Shown here piece after piece: positions 25,375-37,642 of a stretch of 64,000 bases of DNA. Position numbers and translations under genes: made by a program. The DNA is taken from the NCBI GenBank assembly GCA_951406725.2, contig OX597816.1:154132001-154196000 (forward strand), in the 5' to 3' direction. The notes beneath the pieces are model-generated. The model saw nothing but the letters and a program-made list of their open reading frames with translations, did no database searches and was not told the origin of the DNA. The DNA is from Octopus vulgaris (Eukaryota). Numbering within the stretch: position 1 is the first letter of the stretch; the number at the start of each line of letters is the position of its first letter.

Positions 25375-27560
25375 ATATAAAACATGGTGGAAAACTGGAT
25401 GTTCCTATAGAACAATTTGTGACTAGTGCAAAGTTCTTTCTTGACCTGAAGTGACATGGTGGTGGAATTGTGTAGTTGATAGGACCTTTAGAGAAAAGAA
25501 ACAAACCTGGAAGGACTGAAAGTGTAGTGATAGTAGGGAACTGTATCAGATAGCCAGAAGGGAGGCTAGGAGTCAGATATATTTAGCTAGTGGAGAAGCA
25601 AAAAAGAAGTTTGCCAATGTTCTCTAACATGAGGACCAGAGACTTGAAGTGTTTCCGATTGCAAAACAGTGAGTGAAAGGAAATCGTGATGTCATAGGAG
25701 AGAAACATGTCTGCATGGATCATGGTTCATTTGCATTCAATGATTCTGCAAAGAAAGAGGCTTGGAAATACTATTATGAAAGGCTACTAAATGTTGAGAA
25801 TGTATGGGAGAAGGAGAGTCTACCCAGTGTAGACCTAACTGAAGGACCAGCTATCTGAATTGACAATAGCTTGGTAGATAAAGCAATTAAGGATATGAAA
25901 ACAGTCCCCAGTCCATCAGGAATCCCCACTGAGATGCTTAAAATATCTGCCATGACTGCTGCTAAATTCCTGATTAGGCAACTGCAGAAGCATTTAGCCA
26001 AAAATAAACTTCTATACTTTGTTTTTGTTGACAGAAAAAACCTTTGATAGGGTACCCCACTCACTTATCTGGAGTCAATGTGGAAGCTAGGGATAGATGA
26101 GTAGTTAGTGAGAGCTGTACAAGCCATGTACAGGGATGCTGTCAGTAAGGTGAAGGTTGGCAATGAGTATAGCAATGAATTTAGTGTACAGGTAGGAGTT
26201 CACAAAGGTTCAGTTCTCAGCCCTCTCATATTTATCTTAGTCCTCCAGGCCTTAACAGAGAAATTCAAGGCTGGCTGTCCCTGGGAGCTTGTCTACACTG
26301 ATGACCTTGTTCTTATAGCTGAATCACTGCCTAACCTAGAGAAGAAATTTCAAGTGTGGAAGAAAGGCCTAGAATTTAAGGGCCTTAGGGTCAATTTAGC
26401 AAAAACCAAGTCCTAGTAAGTAGGATAAAAGATAAATTGTAAGTCCCTTCAGGGAGATGGTCTTGCTCAATATGTTAGAAGGGTGTTGGTAGAAACTCCA
26501 TACATTGTACCCAGTGCAAGCTTTGGACACATAAATGGTGTAGAAATATCACAGGAAGGTTAACAGAGAAAATAGCCTTTGTGTGTTTGCAAATGTGGGG
26601 TACAATAAGCACTAAAAATGTGCAGACAATAGATTCCCTCAAATACTCAGGGGGATCATTAGAAGTAGTAGATAGCTTCTATTACCTAGGTGACCAAGTT
26701 AGCAGTGGATGAGGAAGTTCTGAAAGAGTAGTTTCTAGAATAAGAATGGGCTGGGCAAGTTAAGAAAGCTTCTACCTTTGTTGGTAACTAAAAGCCTCTC
26801 CTTCAGAGTGAAAGGCAGATTGTATGATGCCTATGTACTTACAGCTATGTTGCATGGCAATGAAATATGGGCTTTGGCTACAGAGGACTTTGCAAAGGCT
26901 TGAGAGAGATGAAGCTAACAATGGTAATGTCAGTGTGCACAAATGACAAAGTGTAAATAATTCAAGAGGAAAACTGGGTATGAGAGGCATCAGATGTTGT
27001 GTGCAAGAGAGAAGACTGGTAGTTTGGTCATATGATGTGTATGGAAGAGGACAACTTTACAAAGAAGAGCAGAGCTCTAATTCTGGGGAGAATCTATGGA
27101 AGGGGTAGAGCCAGGAAGATGTGGGATGAAGTAGGGAGAAAGGATCTTTGGATGTTGGGCCTCACCAAGGAAATAACAAGGAGTTGTGACAATTTTCTGT
27201 ACTTAAGATGCATTAAGCTAAGTAAAATATCACTGCAATACATACATACAGGATTGTCCTTTGCAGGTGCTGGTGCCACATGAAATGCATTTGTGCTGCT
27301 GCTGTGCAAAAGCACTTGTGCTGCTGCTGTGCAAAAGCACTTGTGCTGCTGCTGTGCAAATTCGCTTGTGCTGGTGGCACATAAAATGCACCCAGCACAC
27401 TCTATAAAGTGGTTGGTGTTAGGAAGAACATCTGGCCTTAGAAAACATGTCACAACAGACAATCGGAGCCTGGACAACTCAGCAGCTGGTCAGCTCTATG
27501 TCAAACCATCCAACCCATGTTAGCATGGAAAATGGACATTAAACAAGGATGATGATGATA
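25375..27560 (+). mobile_element. 5'-truncated RTE LINE (RT, Cys-rich insert, 3' UTR, GAT tail)
   Basis: VGVHKGSVLSPLIF, ELVYTDDLVL, GLRVNLAKTK, GRGRARKMW; many stops. Confidence 0.9.
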
Positions 27561-27564
27561 TATA

Positions 27565-28915
27565 TCATCATCATCATCATCATTTATTGTCTGTTGTCCA
27601 TGCTGGTATGGACGGTTTGACCAGGGCTGGTAAGCTGAGGAGCTGCATTAGACTCCAGTCTGATTTGGCATGGTTTCTATGGCTGAATACCCTCCCTAAC
27701 ACCAACCACTTTGAGAGTGTAATGGGTGCTTTTACATGCCACTGGCATGGGTGCCAGTTGTGTGACACGAGAATCTGCCATGACTAATGATTTCACTTGG
27801 CTTGATGGGTCTTCTACTCAAGCGCAGCATATTGACAAAGGTCTCAGTCATTTGTCATTGCTTCCATGAGATCCAATGCTTGAAAGGTGCTTCTTAAATG
27901 CCACTGGCATGGGTGCTAGTTACACAAAACAAGTATCAGCCATACTGCCTCCAGGAAGCCCTACACTTGAATGGTACTTTTTATGTTCCACTGACACAAG
28001 TGCCAATTATGTGACTCCAGCATTGGCCATGACTACAATTTCACTTGGCTTGATGGGTCTTCTCAAGCACAGCATATTACAAAAGGTTTCAGTCACTTGT
28101 CATTGCCTGTGTGACGCTCAGTGTTCAAAAATCACGCTCCACCACCTCATCTCATGTCTTCCTAAGTTTACCTCTACCACAGGTTCCCTGCACAGTTAGA
28201 GATTGGCACTTCTTTACACAACTGTCCTCATCCATATGCATCATATGGCCATACCAGCACAGTCATCTCTCTTGTGCACAACATCTGATGCCTTTTATGC
28301 CCAACTTTTCTCTCTCTTGTACATGCACACCAACATTGCACAACCAATGAAGCATACTAGCTTCATTTCTTCCAAGTCTTTGCATGTCCTTAGCAGCCAC
28401 AGCCCATGTTTCACTGCTATGTAGCATAGCAGTTTGCACACAGGCATCATGCAGTCTGCCTTTCACTCTGAAGGAGAGGTTCTTTGTTGCCCAGCCTATT
28501 CTTATTCTCACAGCTATGCTCTTGGAGCATCCACTTCTGCTACTGACTTGGTTACCTAAATAACGGAAGCTATCTACTAATTCTAGCTTACCCACCTGGT
28601 AGTCAATAGATATATTTTCTGTATATTTTTAGTATTTATTGTACCTGTGCACCTTCCACACAAAAAAACAATCTTCCCAGTTAATCTTCCTCTGATATTG
28701 CTACACTTCTTATGTGTCCATAGCTTGCACTGGGTACATCTTATGGAGTTCCTACCAACACCTTTCCTACATATCGAGCAGGGCCATCTGCCTGAAGGGA
28801 TTTGTGATTTGTATGCTCTCCTACTTACTAAAAATTTAGTTTTTGCTAGATTAACTCTCAGGCCCTTTGATTCTAGACCTTGCCTCCATGCCTGAAATTT
28901 CTTCTCTAGTTCTGG
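27565..28915 (-). mobile_element. 5'-truncated RTE LINE, tail-to-tail with the previous copy
   Basis: Reverse strand reads GLRVNLAKTK, WPCSICRKGVG, LELVDSFRYLG, AMLHSSETWA; (ATC)n tail at 27565-27583. Confidence 0.9.
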
Positions 28916-29004
28916 TAGAAGTTTGTAAAGATGAATGAAGTGGTGCTAAGCATTTTGTCTGGTGTCTGGTGTGCTAATGATTCTGCCAGTTCACTGTCTT
29001 ATAC

Positions 29005-29059
29005 ACATGCATGCACACACGCACGCGCATTCACGCGCACACACACACACACACGCGTG

Positions 29060-29122
<63 letters not shown>
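29005..29122. repeat. (CA)n/(CG)n compound microsatellite
   Basis: Alternating purine-pyrimidine run. Confidence 0.95.
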
Positions 29123-29127
<5 letters not shown>

Positions 29128-29139
29128 TATATCTGAGAG

Positions 29140-30111
29140 CAACAAAGGGCCTCTTGTGCAGGATGAAAGGTAGATTGTATGATGTATGTGTGCAAACTGC
29201 CATGCTACACGGCAGTGAAACATGGGCCATGACTGCTGACAACATGCATAGACTTGAAAGAAATGAAGCTAGTATGATCTATTGGATGTGTAATGTTAGA
29301 GTATGAGCACCCTGAAAGAAAAATTGGACATAAGTATCAAATGTGGTGTGCAAGAGAGACAACTGCGCTGGTATGGTCATGTGTTATGTATGGATAAGGA
29401 CAGCTGTATGAGGAAGTGCCACACCCTAACTGTGGAAGAGGTAGACCCCAGGAAGACATTGGATGAGGTGGTGAAGCATGAGTTTCGAACATTGGGCCTC
29501 ACAGAGGCAATGACAGGAGACCGAGACCTTTGGAGATATGCTGTGATTGAGAAGACCTGGCAACTAAAGTGAGATCGTAGCCATGGTCGATGCCAATGTT
29601 GCATGTCCAGCCCATTTAAAAGTGTCCTTGGTGCGACAGGCAATATGATATGCTTGAGAAGACCTGTTAAGTCAAGTAAAAACCACAATTGTAATTGTGA
29701 CCAGTGACCCCTGACTGGCTCCCATGCCGGTGGCACATAGAATGCTCCATCCAAACATGATCGATGCCAGTGCCCCCTCACTGGCTTCTGTGCTGGTGGC
29801 ACATAAAAAGCACCATCCAAATGTAGTCGATGCCAGTGCTCCCTGACTGGCTCCCATGCCGGTGACACGTAAAAAGCACTATCCATGTGTGATCGATGCC
29901 AGGGTTGCCTGTCTGGCACCTCTGTTGGTGGCATGTAAAAAGCACCCACTACAATCTCAGTGTGGTTGGTGTAAGGAAGGGTATCCAGCTGTAGAAACAT
30001 TGCCAGATCAGATTAGAGCCTGGTGCAGCTGTTGGTTTCCCAGACCTCAGTCAAACCATCCAACCCATGTCAGCATGGAAAACAGACGTTAAATGATAAT
30101 GATGATGATGA
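29140..30111 (+). mobile_element. RTE LINE 3' fragment with a 66-bp tandem array in the 3' UTR
   Basis: KGRLYDVCVQTAMLHGSETWA, LRWYGHV; 66-bp period (units start 29701, 29767, 29833, 29899). Confidence 0.9.
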
Positions 30112-30949
30112 TTATATATATATCATTAATTAGAATTTACAGGGTCACTCAAGGACTGAGAGTTTCATGCATTGGCACTCATCTTTCTCTCATGCCAATA
30201 CACGAAACTTTCAACTCTTGAGTAACTCTGTAACTTTTGTCAACTTTCCAGTTGACAACTGATAAAACGATAAGACTTGGGCATGTTCCTTCGTACTGTT
30301 TTCATTTTTCCAGTAGATTTCTTTGTTTTCCTTTTGCTCTCCCGCCCTATATATCATTATGTACATATATGTGTATGCATGTGTGAAGATTCATACAAAT
30401 ACTGGCGCCACAAATACAAAGAAAACTCAGTGCGTTCCATCCCACCATGGAAACCATGCCAAAGCAGATATTGGCGTTCAACACAGTCCTTTAGGTCGTT
30501 GGGTTCAGCTAAACCATCCAACGCGGTTCAGCATGGGAGACGGACATTAAATGATTATGATGATGGTAATGATACGCCTATATCTAAAATATATGTAGAA
30601 TGTATAATATGTATGTGTGTGAATGTGTTTGTTTGTGAATTCGTGTGTGTGCAGTTTATCAGTCAATGAGTCTCACAGTTATTAACCCGGATCTTTCTAG
30701 TTTCACAGGCACTTGCATTTCTCCAAAAGGTTGTAAAACGGATTTATTTTTACACAGCGAATTTTTTTCCTGTAGTACCGGTTACTTTAAAGCGAAAAGA
30801 TAAAAACCAAGCATAATAGAATTTATTTCATTGTTTCAACGATTAAAAATGATTAATTATTATATCATTGATAGTTTTGATTTTATTTTTATCTTCTTTT
30901 TAATCTTTGTCATATGTAATCAAATAACTTTTCCCAAGTTCTCGTGATA

Positions 30950-31146
30950 TTCAGTTTTGTAATTTTGTGTCAGATTTCAGCCGGTGTATTACAAAACAAT
31001 ATAAGGAGTTGCTCCACGCGCTGTGAGTGCTAGTATGTTGGCTCGCCTCATAATAGACCGCGCGCTCTTACCAGTGGCTAATCAACTCTGAAGTCTACTT
31101 ACTGTCAACTACTTATCATTTAATAGCTTCAGTCGTTCGACTACAG
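30950..31146 (+). promoter_or_regulatory. Putative promoter/5' UTR of the senju-like gene
   Basis: Local cluster of CpG/CGCG (ccacgcgc, gaccgcgcgc) in otherwise CpG-poor DNA, immediately before coding exon 1. Confidence 0.55.
31035..31091 (+). promoter_or_regulatory. Upstream ORF (18 aa, MLARLIIDRALLPVANQL) in the putative 5' UTR of the senju-like gene
   Basis: ATG at 31035 with A at -3, stop TGA at 31089-31091, 55 nt before the main ATG. It only counts if the TSS is upstream of 31035. Confidence 0.45.
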
Positions 31147-31234
31147 ATGGAATCCCTCTGTTCTGCGGAGCTTTTCCCTACAAAATGTAGTTTTGTTATT
31201 TTTTTAGCTTATATGGGGCTTTTCATTAATCAAG
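31147..31234 (+). CDS. senju: senju-like SLC35A-family nucleotide-sugar (UDP-galactose) transporter, coding exon 1
   Basis: ATG at 31147 gives MESLCSAELFPTKCSFVIFLAYMGLFINQ(G), ending at donor CAAG|gtaatg (phase 1). Closely resembles the remembered Drosophila Senju N-terminus ELFPTKLTFVIFLLYMSLFIGQG. Lies in a CpG-richer patch. Confidence 0.88.
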
Positions 31235-31470
31235 GTAATGTCTAATTTTATTTTTCCACTTATCTAATTTGTTATTTTTTCTCACCTCTCTATCTGTGAC
31301 ATTTGAATAAAAAACAAACAAACCAACTATTAAGTCACACCACGCTAGCATAAAATAATATCTAATTTTTTTTCGTTTGTACTATTGTATCCTTAGTACT
31401 CTTGTGAAATCGCTTATATAATTTCGCTCGCACACACTCACAAATCTCTCTCTATTTATACATACATACA

Positions 31471-31475
<5 letters not shown>

Positions 31476-31526
<51 letters not shown>
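31476..31526. repeat. (TA)n microsatellite
   Basis: Pure TA run in senju-like intron 1. Confidence 0.95.
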
Positions 31527-31528
<2 letters not shown>

Positions 31529-34303
31529 AGCCTCGATCCTCTCACTTTTATTTACTTTGAGAGATTATTTCGGATTTGGCTGGTTGTTACTTAATCCACA
31601 CTGGTTTTCTATTTATTCCAATTAACAAATAGAAGCCAAGCTTAATTTTATTTTCACAATGATAGCTAAAAATATGAATAAAGGAAACTCCCAGAACCTT
31701 GACTAATCTTATTAATTTGGTGTAATATAAACGACTAAGCAATCGCGCGGCGTTTCTTCTCCATTCACTCCAGAATTTATATCTAATAAAACTGATGACA
31801 ATATTTAATGATAAGTAAAAATAGCAAAGGTGTTATTTTTACATTAGATACTTGCTGTAGTAATAAGCCGAGTGACGAACTACCTTAATTACCACTGATC
31901 TCAGTTTCCATAACTCACCACGATTCCTCGCAGACGATATTCTACTGTTGCTCTGACAACCATTGTCAAATTGGAAGTTTTTCTACCGCTTTGGTATTAA
32001 GCTTCTTTGGGAATACTTTGAAATTTCATTTAAAAAATAGATCCAAGAAAAATCATTAAAAAACAATGATATCGAATGTTACCTAAATTGGGTCTTCCTG
32101 TCCACCCCACAAAAAAAGAATAAAAAAGAAACCAAAAACTGAGACCTAACCCTAACTACCTATCCTATTGATATCGAATATGCTACACCTAGGTCTGATT
32201 TACTGGCATTCCTTTTAAATAGAACTCGTTGCGTATTGTTTTTTTAATAATTTTATTATTAAATACTTTTAGGGAAGAGTGCCAAGTGTTTTTGTTTCGT
32301 TTCTAACTCTTACTTGATCAACCCTTTTATTTGGCCCTGCCCTACCTTTTTACAGAGGTGTGAACAATAGTGGATCAGTAATACAAAGCATCATCCATCT
32401 CCTGAGTCCTCGATATTCTTTTAATACTGACCACATAAAAACATTATTTTTTCTGCAGTAACTTATACAAAACTTCCTGATACATTCCATTAACCAAATA
32501 TGGTAGGTGTCGAGAATATTACATTATAAAATCAGTCGACAAAGAAAAGTAAACTATTTATCTTGATAATGATTCTAAACGGGAAATTATTTTTGTTATT
32601 TCTTTCCATAGAACAATTCACTCTTAGGTAGTTTTTTTATACATTTATGTGAATATTACTTGTTGAACTCATTGGTTTCACTTTACTCTTTCTTCGTTCG
32701 CAGTTTTATTTCCTGAAAACAGTTGGTACTATTGAATTATATTATTCAACACAAACATATTCCTGTAAGGCATCCAAGATGCGAATGGAATTATAACAGA
32801 AGAATGTGTTATAACTTGTTTATAGTAAACGAATTAGAAGAAACTCAGATAAAAAATTTTTTTTAAAAAACGTGTGTGTTTATGTACCTCACTCTGTATC
32901 GAGAGATAAGAGCGTCTTAAAGACTTCTTGTCTACTTTCTTTAATAGTGTTGTCGAGGGCTTTCTTTATATTTCTTCAGGGAATTTTTTTATTTATTTCA
33001 TATTTATCTTTGTCCAACATAAAGCTTCTGTCGAACATTTTTACAAGTGTTAATAAATTGATGAAGTCGAGGCTATTTTAACTACATTCTTGACTAGCGA
33101 ATTCTTATTTACAAATGGTAAATCTAAAAGTAGCAACACTGGATGTTTTATAAATAATCTGATTGGTATAAAGTTTCCTTAAACATAAGTAGTGTGATGT
33201 CTCTTAGCTATCCTGTTCTGCACATCGCCAAATGAATCCCCCACTAATTTATCAGTGCAAGCAGTTACTAAAGTCTATATTCCTGTTTAAACTGCTTATT
33301 TTCATACGTTGGTTGCTATGTTTCATGTGTATGTTGTGTTCAGTTTTGTGACTTTTGTTAATCTTAAGAAACTGGTAATAGGGATACTGTTCACTTTCAT
33401 TTTTTGTAGATTGACATTTGTTTAGTAACACGCACATATCAAGGTTGGCTTGTGAATGGAAACTGGTACTTCTGGTAGGCCGAAAGGTGATATGTAGTCT
33501 TTGTTGACAAAAGCAGGGTCCGACGTTTATTTATAAGAAGCTGCAAGGAGATAGCACGCACTTGTGATTGTTGTCAATCTACCACAGCCAAGTTAGCTTT
33601 ATTAGGGTGGGGCAATATATAGCTAAAGCTGTCCAGAATTAAAATACTTTCCAGTCCTGAAAAGAAAGCATAGGTCTTAGGATGTTGGTTTGGCAATATC
33701 GTTGTAAGGTCACCACGAGAACTCTTTCGAAATTGGTATATGTAGCATTTATTGCAAGTCTAAGTTTTAGCTATGTCCCTGCCTAGGAAAAAATGTGTCA
33801 TTGCGATTGTATCGTTGTACTGGCAAAAGTACACGTCTAGTGACGGCGTATGCAGAAAGTGTAGGAGGTATGAAGGTTGGTACTTTTTGTTTAGAAGTAT
33901 GTGTGATTTAAAGTTAATACTTTCTTTGTAGGAGAGAATTAAAGTTGGTGGAATAAATATTGTAAGTTTGGGAAAGAGTCCAAGAAGTTCACTTGCTGTG
34001 AGAAGTGAAGAATCTAATATTTCAGGCCTTGCCCTTTAGTTTATGAATTTTCTCTTCATGGCAGTTGAATACTTCAGCGAACTCTCCTGCTGCCTGTTAT
34101 GACTGATGCTGACCATCACCAGTTTCTTTGGATTCTGAATTTTTCTCTGGTTAATTCCAATTTATTACTAATATATATTTCATTAATACTGGCATAGAAG
34201 TGAAATTGAACATGACAGGATTAAATACTGTGTTTTTTTGGTGTACGAACTCGCTGCTTTTTAAGTTATTAATAAGCATAAGGCTTAGTCAATTGGTTTA
34301 AAC

Positions 34304-34455
34304 CAAGGGTCCCCAAACTTCATGAGATCCTTGACCCCTCATCGATCCCCTGACATGTACAAGAAAATAAATAAATGATAATAATTAAGTAGATGTGCAG
34401 TTTCAGACATTTATTGATCCTCAGCGGTTGATATCGACCACTTTGGAGATCCCTG
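34304..34455. mobile_element. 152-bp hAT (Charlie-like) MITE
   Basis: Ends CAAGGGTCCCCAAA...TTTGGAGATCCCTG; perfect 8-bp TSD GTTTAAAC at 34296-34303 and 34456-34463. Confidence 0.85.
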
Positions 34456-35570
34456 GTTTAAACAGTGTATATTACTAGAATTTATGTTCTTAATCTCCTG
34501 ACGAATTAAAGGCAGCTAATCTACTGACTACTACTGTCCATCCTGTGGATCAGTGAGTTCTCACATTGATACAAAGTTAATAAATTGTAAGGAAAGGTTT
34601 ATATTTCTTTGATTTAATCTCAGAATATGCCTGATCTGATCTTGACTGAATTTAAATTTCAGTGTTACCCTTTAGCATTCAAACTTGCCCAAATAATGCA
34701 TCTGTTTTATGTTCAAACCAGGCAGATCTGGCTTCTTACCCCATCCTTCAATATCATTCTAAAAATAACAGTTACATCATTAAAATCTCAAAGACACAAG
34801 ATAATGCATGGTTCATTCAAAACAATGTGAATAAATAAGCATTACTTTTGACAGAATATGAATGCTTAGAGTTCAAAAGAATTTATCATTAAATACTTGA
34901 AAGAATCTGATTTGATATTCTACCATTTTAATCAACTTTGGTTCATTAATAATTTAATAATTTTCCTTCATTAAAGAAAGCAAGAATTACAGAAAAAAAA
35001 CTATCAGCACTAAGTAAAATCAATCAAAAGGAAGAAAGAAATCTTTTCATTCTTCATCCTGTTGTTTAATCCCAGATCTGTTGTGATCAGATACATAATC
35101 AAAGTTTCTTGTGATGTGCTGGATAACATTATTTGATGTATAATAAAAAAAGAAAAAAAAGAGTGACTGATAGATGAACACTTGAGGTATGAGTGATAAA
35201 GGTACAGACAATAGAAGAGAATAGGTGTGTTAGAGAATTTGATCTATCAAAGATGTACACTTATATACTATACAGGCAAACAAGTACATACATATACCCT
35301 AAAGAGATATGCCTATATATGCATGGCACCCACTACACTCTTGAGGTGGTTGGCATTAGGAAGGGCATCCAGCTATAGACACCAAGCCAATTAAGACTGG
35401 AGCCTGATACAGCTCTCTGGCTCACTAGTTCCAGTCAACTCATCTAATCCATTCCAGCATGGAAAATGGATGCTAATTAATGATGGTGATGAATTTTAAC
35501 ATCTGTGCTAAACTTTCTGTTTCCCTACTGGAAAAGTAAAAGAAAAACTGCAGACTAAGTGATCAACAAA

Positions 35571-36091
35571 TCTCTGTCTATAAAACTGTAGTTGTGTGAG
35601 TGTCTGTCTCCTACGATTTAGATTCCTAACTCCTGCCACATTTTGCGGTGCAGTTTAACCAAATTCGGGTATCTTATAGTCGTGATTAATATCGAGCCCG
35701 TCTGGCTATTAGTGCGCGTCTACGATGAGTCTACGATTTAAAAAATAATTTAACATCATTTTTTATTCCATTTTAATGCATAATTTTTTGTGTGTCAATG
35801 GCGGCGGAGTTGGCGTCCATGGTCACACCTGCACCTGTTTGCTTCTCCCCCTTCTTCCCTCCCTCCCTCCCTCGTGAAGCTGTGGGGAAGGGAGTTTAAG
35901 GAAATCAACGTCGTAAAACGTTGTCAAGGAGACCAGCGTTCTTTTAGAACAACGACTTCATGGCTTGAAGACACCAAAACAGAAATGGCTAAGAAAGCCC
36001 GAATTGGCATCTATAAAGGAAGTAACTCTCTAAAAATGCTTATATAGTTATTTCCCTTACAAACCCGAGCAACGCCGGGCGATACTGCTAG
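35571..36091 (+). mobile_element. Non-autonomous Helitron
   Basis: 5' A|TC start, 3' GC hairpin CCCGAGC-AAC-GCCGGG (36064-36079), then CTAG|T; CpG-rich interior suggests a young insertion. Confidence 0.85.
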
Positions 36092-37023
36092 TTCTATATA
36101 ACTTGCTAAGCCATTAACAAAATATTTTGGTAAAGTATATGAAAGTACTGAGACTTTGTTTTTATGTTTATCTTTATTTCAAAAGTTTGAAGTCAAAATT
36201 AGGGTGTGTCTTTGAGGTTTGACTGCCTTAATGAAGTAATACTGTAGACATGTTATTACTTTGCAATGAATACGCTATTAACGCCCCCCCCCCCAAAAAA
36301 AACTTAGCTTTACTTCCTCAAAGTTATTTCCAACAATGGTTTGAGCAGAAATGAAGTACTTTTCACCATATTCTTTTGTCGTAATTCTTGTAACACTGCT
36401 TTTGTGTTTAAAGGAATTTTGAAAATAATTTTTATGATATAGTTTTGATTCAATCATGGGCATTATCTCTGCTTTGTATCTTACAAACAGAAGCAAGTTG
36501 CTGTAGAGAAGTTTTTTTTAAATTAACGCAACTAAAAGTTTTCTAATGTTTTATTTACTGTGGATTATTAACTTGGTTAGCAATAACAGAAAATAATGCC
36601 TCCTGTTGTTAATTTATATAGCTATTTGTATAGTGAAAGTATTGCAAACATATTTTATAATGAAATGTATAAATAAGTTATTGATATACCATCTGTTACT
36701 AAAAACGTCTGTAAAAAAAGGAAACTAATTTTAAGATTATTGATGTAGGCTGAAGGTATTATTTTTTAGAAAAGATATTCTAATTTTCATTATCTTAGTT
36801 GACTTGGCTGGTTAGGAGAGAAATCTATCATCATCATCATCATCATTTAGCGTCCGTTTTCCATGCTAGCATGGGTTGGACATGTATTAAATATTTCAAC
36901 TTCCCTGCACAATTGAAACTACTCTTTGATGAAACTTACTATAGTGTAATTACTTCAGTTAATTTATAACCCAAACATTAAAGCTAGTGAAGTAGTTTCT
37001 AAATAGTTGATTGGCTCATTTAA

Positions 37024-37642
37024 CCCTTTGTGGGCAGGTGGGGTCCCTTGAGACTCCAGAAAATTTTAAAAGTTATGCAACTTTTACATTTTTTATTTAA
37101 AGGATTTTATATCTCATGACTTTTATTGTCAATAGTTTATGCATGTACGTACAAATTTTGAGTTAAAAATTTCCAGTCATTTGGATGTTATAGCATAAAA
37201 TATGGCCATTGGGGTTCAGTTGGACCCCAATAGCCTTCTGTGAAATAATTTTTTTTCTATTCTTTTTTCTGATATTCTGATGAACTATAAGTCAATTTTC
37301 TTCGTATTTGCACTGGTATGAATCAATATACTTAATAATTTTGTTTTATTTTATATTTAGTGCTATATGTATAGTTTATAAAACTATAAAAAGTGTTAAT
37401 TTCTTTCAATAAAGGTTTTTCTTCAGTCAATAAATTATATTTAAATTCCTCTCCATTAAATGATAATAATTACATATATATGCCTATAAAGTGCTAAATT
37501 TCTTGTTTTGTATCCTGCACTGACACATATATACATGATTAAACAAATATTTCTTTATGGATAGTGCAAAAATAAAGGGGGGGGGGGGCTTGGGACCCCA
37601 ATGGCTTTTTGTGTAATTCCAACTCTACCAGCCCATGAAGGG
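37024..37642. mobile_element. piggyBac-like MITE
   Basis: TTAA|CCCTTTGTGGGCAGGT...ACCAGCCCATGAAGGG|GTAA (mutated TTAA); internal repeated ggaccccaat motifs. Confidence 0.65.

Noticed and set aside
33180-34150. Coding-like block on the minus strand, possibly an old LINE endonuclease region
   Set aside because: Too decayed to identify motifs by eye.
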